From the NCBI GenBank assembly GCA_040905205.1, contig JBBDSB010000695.1:372-64371 (forward strand): a DNA stretch of 64,000 bases, given 5' to 3'. The DNA comes from Cyclobacteriaceae bacterium (GTDB taxonomy: Bacteria; Bacteroidota; Bacteroidia; Cytophagales; Cyclobacteriaceae). Made by a program: the position numbers and the translations under genes. This document shows positions 57,220 through 64,000 of the stretch, piece after piece (position 1 is the first letter of the stretch; every line of letters begins with the position of its first letter). A model generated the notes under the pieces. That model was not told where the DNA came from. It did not search any database and saw only the letters and a list, made by a program, of their open reading frames with translations.

Positions 57220-59238
57220 ATGACACTTCACAATAATGCATTACTCCCCATTTTGGTATTTTCCCTGCTCATCATGGTATCCTGTAACAATAGGGATTCC
57301 AACCAAATCATTCATGGAGATGCCGCCCAACAGGCTTATGTTCCACCAGGTGAATACGATGAATTCTATGCCTTTTTATCCGGTGGTTACAGTGGACAGA
57401 TAACCGTCTATGGCTTGCCTTCTGGAAGGCTTTTTAAAGAGATCCCTGTTTTCTCCCAATACCCTGAAAATGGTTATGGATACAGTGAGGAAACCAAAAA
57501 CATATTTAACACCTCTTATGGGTTTGTTCCTTGGGATGATTCCCACCATATCGAACTTTCCCAACAAAACGGAGAATTTGACGGAAGATGGTTGTTTGTC
57601 AATGGAAACAATACCCCGAGGATTGCCCGAATAGACCTCACTACTTTTGAAACCGTGGAAATTCTGGAAATCCCTGATGTGGCCGGGCTGCATTGTTCCC
57701 CCTTTATTACCGAAAACTCTGAATACCTGGTGTCCGGAACAAGGTTCAGTGTACCTATTCCTCAAAAAGACGTCCCAATTGATACCTATAAGGAAAATTT
57801 CAAAGGCCTTATCAATTATGTTTCTTTGGATCAGGAACATGGGCACATGGAATTGGCCTTTCAAATTGAAATGCCGGGATTCAATTATGACCTGGCCAGA
57901 AATGGCAAAGCCGTATCCCATGGATGGAGTTTTTTGACGACCTATAATTCCGAGCAGGCCCATACACTTCTGGAAGTAAATGCCTCACAGATGGACAAAG
58001 ACCTGATGGCGATCGTGAACTGGAAAAAAGCAGAGGAATATTTGGCAGAAGGCAGGTTTACGGAAAGGGAAACTTCTTATTTTCACAATTTAATGGACGA
58101 AGGATCCGGGATCGTCAATTCGGAGGAAAGAACCAGCACAAAAATCCTGGACCCGAAGGAATGCCCTGACATGGTCTATTTTATTCCTGTGCCTAAGTCT
58201 CCCCATGGCTGTGACATCGATCCTTCCGGGGAATATATTGTAGGCAATGGAAAATTATCTGCGGACATGTCCGTCTATTCCTTCAGCCAGATCATGCAAG
58301 CCATCGAAGAGGAAAACTTCGATGGTGAATTTGATGGCATCCCCATCATCAATTATGAGGCCGGCCTGCATGGAATAGTCCAAAAACCGGGATTGGGGCC
58401 ACTACATACCGAGTTTGATGGCAGGGGAAATGCTTACACCACGTTTTTCATTTCATCTGAAGTGGTAAAATGGGATGTGGAATCCAAAGAAATCCTGGAC
58501 AGGCAACCCACCTTTTACTCCCCGGGACATTTGGTGATTCCCGGTGGAGAAACCAGAAAACCCAATGGTAAATACCTGGTGGCCATGAATAAAATCACCA
58601 AAGACAGGTTCTTGCCTACCGGTCCGGAAATGATGCACTCTGCCCAACTTTTTGATATCAGCGGAGAGAAGATGAAACTTATTTTGGATTTCCCCACAAA
58701 GGCGGAGCCCCACTACGCTCAAGCCATCGAGGCGGAAAAGCTTATGCCCAATTCCAGGAAATTCTATCCCATCGAGGAAAACACCCACCCCTACGCTACA
58801 CTGGGCGAAGGGAATTCAAGAGTGGAGCGCGACGGAAATGAAGTACATGTTTACATGACCGCCATGAGAAGTCATCTGGCACCGGATAACATTGAAGGGA
58901 TAAAAGTAGGGGACAAGGTATTTTTCCACCTTACCAATTTAGAACAGGATTGGGATGTGCCACATGGATTTGCCATGCAGGGCGCCACGAATGCTGAGCT
59001 TCTGGTAATGCCCGGTCAAACAAGGACTTTACTTTGGGAGCCCAAAAAGGTTGGCGTTTTTGCCTTCTATTGTACCGATTTCTGCTCTGCCCTGCACCAA
59101 GAGATGTCCGGATATGCACGGGTATCAGCCCAAGGCTCCGATGTGCCTCTCAAATGGGGGCTCAATGAAGAATTGAGTGACAACCGGGAAGCGGCCAATT
59201 CCTTTTATGAGGAAGCGAAAGCCAATGCGGCAAAATAA
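57220..59238 (+). CDS. nosZ: nitrous-oxide reductase, clade II (Sec-type signal)
   Basis: 672 aa. The N-terminal signal has no twin-Arg and has a lipobox-like VSC. CuZ His motifs include WDDSHH. The C-terminal CuA motif is CTDFCSALHQEM. Confidence 0.92.
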   Translation: MTLHNNALLPILVFSLLIMVSCNNRDSNQIIHGDAAQQAYVPPGEYDEFYAFLSGGYSGQITVYGLPSGRLFKEIPVFSQYPENGYGYSEETKNIFNTSYGFVPWDDSHHIELSQQNGEFDGRWLFVNGNNTPRIARIDLTTFETVEILEIPDVAGLHCSPFITENSEYLVSGTRFSVPIPQKDVPIDTYKENFKGLINYVSLDQEHGHMELAFQIEMPGFNYDLARNGKAVSHGWSFLTTYNSEQAHTLLEVNASQMDKDLMAIVNWKKAEEYLAEGRFTERETSYFHNLMDEGSGIVNSEERTSTKILDPKECPDMVYFIPVPKSPHGCDIDPSGEYIVGNGKLSADMSVYSFSQIMQAIEEENFDGEFDGIPIINYEAGLHGIVQKPGLGPLHTEFDGRGNAYTTFFISSEVVKWDVESKEILDRQPTFYSPGHLVIPGGETRKPNGKYLVAMNKITKDRFLPTGPEMMHSAQLFDISGEKMKLILDFPTKAEPHYAQAIEAEKLMPNSRKFYPIEENTHPYATLGEGNSRVERDGNEVHVYMTAMRSHLAPDNIEGIKVGDKVFFHLTNLEQDWDVPHGFAMQGATNAELLVMPGQTRTLLWEPKKVGVFAFYCTDFCSALHQEMSGYARVSAQGSDVPLKWGLNEELSDNREAANSFYEEAKANAAK

Positions 59239-59308
59239 ATTTTAAACTGCTGCTACTCCTAAAGAGTGGCAGCAGTTATTCCCTCTCCCTCCTTTAAGGA
59301 AGATTAAA

Positions 59309-59896
59309 ATGGTTGATATGAAAAAATTACCTTCCCCTAAAATCCTAATGCTTCTGGCTGTTTTATGTCTGGCTGCATTATTCTTTTTTCCCTTATGGCA
59401 GATCCGGTTAGATGCCGCACAATTCCCCGGAGGATTGCAACTGCATATTTGGATCAATAAAGTTTCCGGAACTGATAAAAACATTATCCAAAATATCAAT
59501 ATCCTGAACCACTATATAGGCATGCAGGCCATTCATCCCGATTCCATCCCTGAATTGAAATACTTTCCCATGATTAATTATTTCATGGTGGGCTTGGGAT
59601 TGGTCTTTGCCTGGCTTAATAAAAGTGTTGGATTTTTAACATGGACGGTTCTTTTGATTTTGCTGGGTATCCTGGGCATCTATGACTTTTACCTTTGGCT
59701 CTATGATTATGGACATAACCTTGATCCGAAAGCACCCATCAAAGTGGAAGGAATGACTTATATGCCCCCATTATTGGGGAAAAAAGACCTGCTTAACTTT
59801 AAAGTACAATCTTATCCCCATTGGGGTGGCTTGTTCCTTGGACTGGCAACAGTATTTGGGGGATTGTCATTTATAAAAAGTAAATCAGGAAAATAA
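59309..59896 (+). CDS. small integral membrane protein of the nos cluster (NosB-like position)
   Basis: 195 aa, 3-4 TM helices, between nosZ and nosL. The likely start is MKKLPSPK at 59318. Its function is unknown. Confidence 0.55.
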   Translation: MVDMKKLPSPKILMLLAVLCLAALFFFPLWQIRLDAAQFPGGLQLHIWINKVSGTDKNIIQNINILNHYIGMQAIHPDSIPELKYFPMINYFMVGLGLVFAWLNKSVGFLTWTVLLILLGILGIYDFYLWLYDYGHNLDPKAPIKVEGMTYMPPLLGKKDLLNFKVQSYPHWGGLFLGLATVFGGLSFIKSKSGK

Positions 59897-59921
59897 ATAA
59901 ACAGCATCAAATCCTGGACAA

Positions 59922-60383
59922 ATGATCCATACCACTAAAAGCGCAAAGGACACCCTACTTACACTCCTTCTACTTATTCCATTTTGGTTAATGGGATGTG
60001 GCGCCCATCCCGAACCCATTGCATTTGGGGAAGACCATTGCACGTATTGCAAAATGAAAATATCAGACCCCAGATTTGGAGGAGAACTGGTCACTTCCAA
60101 AGGCAAGGTATATAAATTCGATGCCATGGAATGCCTCTTACCTTTTATGGATGAATTAAAAGATGAAGAATTCGCCCATATTTTAGGAATCGCTTATGAT
60201 GATCCTGGCAAATTAATTGTCGTAGAGGGCCTTAATTTTGTTATTTCTGAGGAATACCCTAGCCCCATGGGAGCCCATCTGGCAGGGTTTCGGGACAATC
60301 CTTCCAAGGGAAATCAATCCATGAACTGGAAAGCACTTAGCAATCACCTTTCTGAATTCAAACCCTCTAATTTTTCGGAATGA
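59922..60383 (+). CDS. nosL: copper chaperone lipoprotein NosL
   Basis: 153 aa. Lipobox LMGC and the Cu-binding motif HCTYCKMKI typical of NosL. Its stop overlaps the nosD ATG (ATGA). Confidence 0.8.
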   Translation: MIHTTKSAKDTLLTLLLLIPFWLMGCGAHPEPIAFGEDHCTYCKMKISDPRFGGELVTSKGKVYKFDAMECLLPFMDELKDEEFAHILGIAYDDPGKLIVVEGLNFVISEEYPSPMGAHLAGFRDNPSKGNQSMNWKALSNHLSEFKPSNFSE

Positions 60384-61633
60384 TGAAAACAATATTTACC
60401 ATCCATTATTTGTTTTTTTTAATTTTAACCTTTTCACCAGACCTTAAGGCGGACTCACTTCATGTAAAAAAAGGGACCTCACTAAACGCCATCAAAATGG
60501 CTGTCAATTTGGCCAATGAAAAGGATACCATTTTCATCCATGAGGGCACCTATCTGGAAAATCTTATAGAAATCAATATTTCATTGTGCATTATCGGTAT
60601 CAATAACCCGGTAATAGATAGCCAGTTGGGTGATGAAATATTTGTAGTCCACGCCAATAATGTGTTGATTCAGGGGCTGACACTGAAAAATATCGGTGTA
60701 AGCCATTTAAAAGACAGGGCAGCCATCAGGATCGTAGAAGCAGAGGAGGTAATCATCAATAACAACATCCTCACCAACACCTTTTTTGGGATTTATTTAC
60801 AAAATTCCTCCCGCTGTAAGGTGCAAAACAATACGATCAGAGGAAAGGCTTACGATGAGATGAATGCTGGCAATGCGATTCATATCTGGAAAGGAAGCCA
60901 AATGGAGGTATTGAACAATCACCTTAGTCTTCACCGGGATGGTATTTATTTTGAGTTTGTAGATCAAAGCCTGATCCGAGGCAATACCAGCCAGGATAAT
61001 ATGCGTTATGGGCTTCATTTCATGTTTTCCAATTATGACACCTATGAAGACAATACATTCCAAAGAAATGGAGCAGGAGTGGCTGTGATGTTCAGCAAAA
61101 ATATCAAGATGATAAATAATAACTTTAGTGAGAATTGGGGAGGATCTTCTTATGGTATTTTACTTAAAGAAATCAGTGATGGTTGGATGACCCATAATAC
61201 TTTTTCCAGAAATACGGTTGGAGTTTACGCTGAGGGAGCAAATAGAATCAAAATTGAAAAAAACAATTTCATCTCCAATGGAAAAGCCCTGGATATCAAA
61301 GGAAACTGTATAGACAATGAAATATTGGCCAATAACTTTATCGGAAACACTTTTGAGGTTCTGACCAATTCCAGGTCCAATCTGAATCATTTCGAAGGCA
61401 ACTATTGGGCGCAATATAAAGGCCATGACCTGGATAAGGATGGTATAGGTGATTTTCCTCATCGCCCGGTCAACCTGTTTGCCCTGATCACGGACAAAAT
61501 ACCGGCTGCCAATATGCTCCTGCACAGTTTCCTGGTCAATGCCCTGGACATGGCGGAACGCATGTTTCCGGAAATCATCCCGGCACAGCTTACGGATGAG
61601 CAACCCCGAATTAAGCCCATCACCTATGATTAA
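60380..61633 (+). CDS. nosD: NosD, periplasmic right-handed beta-helix maturation protein
   Basis: 417 aa. Signal peptide, repeated NN(x)I/G-containing parallel beta-helix repeats and the carbohydrate-binding/sugar-hydrolysis-type repeat pattern of NosD. The nosL-D-F-Y order also fits. Confidence 0.85.
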   Translation: MMKTIFTIHYLFFLILTFSPDLKADSLHVKKGTSLNAIKMAVNLANEKDTIFIHEGTYLENLIEINISLCIIGINNPVIDSQLGDEIFVVHANNVLIQGLTLKNIGVSHLKDRAAIRIVEAEEVIINNNILTNTFFGIYLQNSSRCKVQNNTIRGKAYDEMNAGNAIHIWKGSQMEVLNNHLSLHRDGIYFEFVDQSLIRGNTSQDNMRYGLHFMFSNYDTYEDNTFQRNGAGVAVMFSKNIKMINNNFSENWGGSSYGILLKEISDGWMTHNTFSRNTVGVYAEGANRIKIEKNNFISNGKALDIKGNCIDNEILANNFIGNTFEVLTNSRSNLNHFEGNYWAQYKGHDLDKDGIGDFPHRPVNLFALITDKIPAANMLLHSFLVNALDMAERMFPEIIPAQLTDEQPRIKPITYD

Positions 61634-62348
61634 AATCAACCATGTTTTCAAATCATTTGGCCGAAATCGCGTCCTCAATGACATTTGTTTAGAGTTTAAA
61701 AAAAATCAGGCGATCGCCCTTATCGGTCCCAATGGATCAGGTAAATCCACGTTGATAAAGATCATATTGGGAATGGTTTTACCAAATCAGGGCTTTGTTG
61801 CTTTTGATGGTGCGCCCATTAAAGGACAGAGCAAATACCGGCAGCAGATAGGTTATATGCCCCAAATGAGCCGTTTTCCGGCAAATATGACTGTCCATCA
61901 ACTGTTCAAAATGATGAAGGGCCTTAGGAAAGATGTAAACAAGGGGGATTATGACCTTCACCTCTACCATGCTTTCGAAATTGAAAAAATGGGAAATAGG
62001 AGATTGGAAGTGCTGTCCGGGGGAATGAAGCAAAAAGTAAGTGCGGCTTTGGCTTTCCTTTTTGATCCAAAAGTGATGATTTTGGATGAACCCACTGCGG
62101 GTCTGGACCCGATTTCCAATGAAATCCTTAAAGAAAAGTTACAAAAGGCATCGTTAAATGACCAACTGATCTTGATCAGTTCACATATATTAAATGATCT
62201 GGATGAAATCACCAGCCACGTCACCTATTTGATGGACGGGGAAGTAAAATTCTTCAAGCCTTTGGAACAATTAAAAATGGAGACGTCAGAAAACCGGCTG
62301 AACCGGATCATTGCCCAAATATTAAAAAAGGAAAACACCCATGCTTAA
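61626..62348 (+). CDS. nosF: NosF, ABC transporter ATPase
   Basis: Start at MIKINHVFKSF. Walker A GPNGSGKST, signature LSGGMKQKV, Walker B ILDEPTAGLD. It overlaps nosD by 8 nt. Confidence 0.85.
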   Translation: MIKINHVFKSFGRNRVLNDICLEFKKNQAIALIGPNGSGKSTLIKIILGMVLPNQGFVAFDGAPIKGQSKYRQQIGYMPQMSRFPANMTVHQLFKMMKGLRKDVNKGDYDLHLYHAFEIEKMGNRRLEVLSGGMKQKVSAALAFLFDPKVMILDEPTAGLDPISNEILKEKLQKASLNDQLILISSHILNDLDEITSHVTYLMDGEVKFFKPLEQLKMETSENRLNRIIAQILKKENTHA

Positions 62349-63108
62349 GATCACAAAATTCATTATTACAGACCTGTTTCGAAATTGGATCTTACTGCTT
62401 TATACCCTCTTCCTGCTGTTGGCTACCCTGGGGTTTTTTCTGTTGGAAGGACAGGGAGACAAGGCGATTTTGGGTGTTTTGAATCTGACCTTGCTTGTGG
62501 TACCCATGATTACGGTTATTTTTTCCACCATTTATTATTACAACATGTATGAATTCATTGTTCTTCTTATGGCCCAACCTTTAAAGCGCAGCACAATTTT
62601 AGCGAGCATTTATTCAGGGTTAGGTATTTCTTTTGGACTGGCCATAGTAATGGGATTGGGATTGCCTTTATGGTTCATGCATCCTGCCATGGTATCCATC
62701 ATGGTCGTCGGGGTTGCCCTGCTCCTATCCTGGGTGTTTCTTGGATTAGCTATTTTTGTAGGGGTATGGGTAAGGGACAAGGCCAGAGGGATGGGAATTG
62801 CTTTATTATTTTGGGTATATTTTGTGCTGATTTTTGATGGTTTGGTGCTTTTGATGATGTACAACTACAGTGATTATCCCATAGAAAAGGTGGTGCTTTT
62901 CATCACCTTTCTCAATCCTGTTGACCTGGGTAGAATATTAGTGCTGATGCAAACGGAGGCCGCCGCCCTGATGGGCTACAGTGGTGCCCTATTCAGGCAG
63001 TTTTTCAGTGAATGGTGGGGTTTGTCGTTAAGCCTGTTTGTGCTGATCATCTGGGCTCTTTTGCCCGCAGCCCTTTCCTTCATGAGGTTTCGCACCAAGG
63101 ACTTGTGA
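62341..63108 (+). CDS. nosY: NosY, ABC-2 type permease
   Basis: 255 aa, 6 TM helices. It overlaps nosF by 8 nt. Confidence 0.8.
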   Translation: MLKITKFIITDLFRNWILLLYTLFLLLATLGFFLLEGQGDKAILGVLNLTLLVVPMITVIFSTIYYYNMYEFIVLLMAQPLKRSTILASIYSGLGISFGLAIVMGLGLPLWFMHPAMVSIMVVGVALLLSWVFLGLAIFVGVWVRDKARGMGIALLFWVYFVLIFDGLVLLMMYNYSDYPIEKVVLFITFLNPVDLGRILVLMQTEAAALMGYSGALFRQFFSEWWGLSLSLFVLIIWALLPAALSFMRFRTKDL

Positions 63109-63150
63109 AACCGAATTTTCCTTTTTTCTTCTCCCCTTCATTCATATGGC

Positions 63151-64000
63151 TCACATCGACTTGATTAAAAATTGTTTCTGATATTTAAAGGGAGTCAGTT
63201 TTTTGAAAAGTTTGAATTGTTTGATAAAATGTGACTCATTGTTAAAACCACATTCATAGCAAACCTGCGAGACAGTAAGCTTATTATCAATTAAGAGATT
63301 ACAGGCATATCCAATCCTTATTTCCTGAACAAATCCAAATAAGGTTTTTCCGGTTTTTGCTTTAAAATATCTGCAAAAAGCAGTCCTGTTCATATTGGCT
63401 ATTTCCGAAATTTCATCCAAATGAATTTCATGCATGAAATTATCCATGACGTAATTGAATACGTTGTTAATTCTAATGGAGTCCGTAATATCATATTTAT
63501 GTTCCATACCCATTTCACATAAAAAATTTAACTCCTTGGATAAGGAAATTACATTTAGGATATCGAGTAAAGAAATGATTCTTTCAGCCCCATTGAGGTG
63601 TAGCATTTGACACATTTTATTGGCTATCCTCATTTTGGTGTCACCGTAAATTTTCAAACCTCTTTTTGATTTTTGAAAAATCATATTAATATGATTCAAC
63701 TCCGGAAGTTGAAAAAATGGTTTTGTTAAAAAATTTTCTTTAAAACGAATGATAATGGCTTCTGCTTTTAGCCCTTTGTGATTCTTATAATAGATGGGGT
63801 CATTTCGCCAGAAATGGGGAAGGTTGGGACCTGCTAAGGTAAGATCATTTTTTTCAAACCTGCCGATGCTATTTCCCATAAATTGGGTGCCGGTACTTTC
63901 TAGTATTAAAGTCAGTTCCAATTCCGGATGAAAATGGAGAGGATTTTTAAAGTAAGAATCAATTTCATATCGAATGTCAAATGAATTTTCCGGGGAGTTG
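63151..64000 (-). CDS. AraC-family transcriptional regulator with cupin-like N-terminal domain (5' end beyond the window)
   Basis: C-terminal dual HTH (ISEIANMNRTAFCRYFK ... GFNNESHFIKQFK). The frame stays open upstream of the tracked TTG start (…NPLHFHPELELTLILES) to position 64000. Confidence 0.8.
   Translation of the reverse strand, partial: NSPENSFDIRYEIDSYFKNPLHFHPELELTLILESTGTQFMGNSIGRFEKNDLTLAGPNLPHFWRNDPIYYKNHKGLKAEAIIIRFKENFLTKPFFQLPELNHINMIFQKSKRGLKIYGDTKMRIANKMCQMLHLNGAERIISLLDILNVISLSKELNFLCEMGMEHKYDITDSIRINNVFNYVMDNFMHEIHLDEISEIANMNRTAFCRYFKAKTGKTLFGFVQEIRIGYACNLLIDNKLTVSQVCYECGFNNESHFIKQFKLFKKLTPFKYQKQFLIKSM

Noticed and set aside
61539-61625. 29-codon N-terminal extension of nosF
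   Set aside because: It lies inside nosD. ABC ATPases start close to MIKINHV..., immediately before the Walker A region.

Overview
This 64-kb window looks like a Bacteroidota chromosome segment. The evidence is TAnnTTTG-type -7 promoter boxes, a T9SS C-terminal sorting domain and miaB-bEBP-lptE-secG ... groESL synteny. Protein resemblance suggests a Cytophagia/Cyclobacteriaceae-like organism, but that is inference only.

The left two thirds are mostly housekeeping. They hold the trpE 5' end behind a Trp-codon leader/attenuator, and an SRP RNA. fsa, ftsE and cca follow. Next is a SAM-I-riboswitch-led operon (split metH, metF and an HMG-CoA-lyase-like gene), a 1317-aa hybrid sensor kinase and an orphan aceK. 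Then come pabB, gdhA, dinB, tamA/tamB, miaB, a sensor-less sigma54 activator, lptE, secG, groESL and a receiver-corA pair.

The right third (about 46-64 kb) looks accessory:
- a T9SS-secreted EEP nuclease;
- a GntR regulator plus a BNR sialidase that share a 10-nt operator-like motif;
- a gene-decay zone with a truncated PhyH fragment and short repeats;
- an untracked 58-aa histone-H1-like gene;
- an NO/N2O island. It runs frameshifted hmp, ric(ytfE), an uncharacterised 12-TM His-rich protein, cytochrome c, clade-II-type nosZ, a small membrane protein, nosL, nosD, nosF, nosY and a divergent AraC regulator.

I saw no rRNA, tRNA, CRISPR array, transposase/integrase or recognisable phage-defence gene. 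The best candidates for something new are the two uncharacterised membrane proteins inside the NO/N2O island, the poly-A frameshift in hmp, and the sensor-less bEBP embedded in an envelope-biogenesis cluster. All coordinates of non-ORF features were hand-derived and may be off by a few nt.
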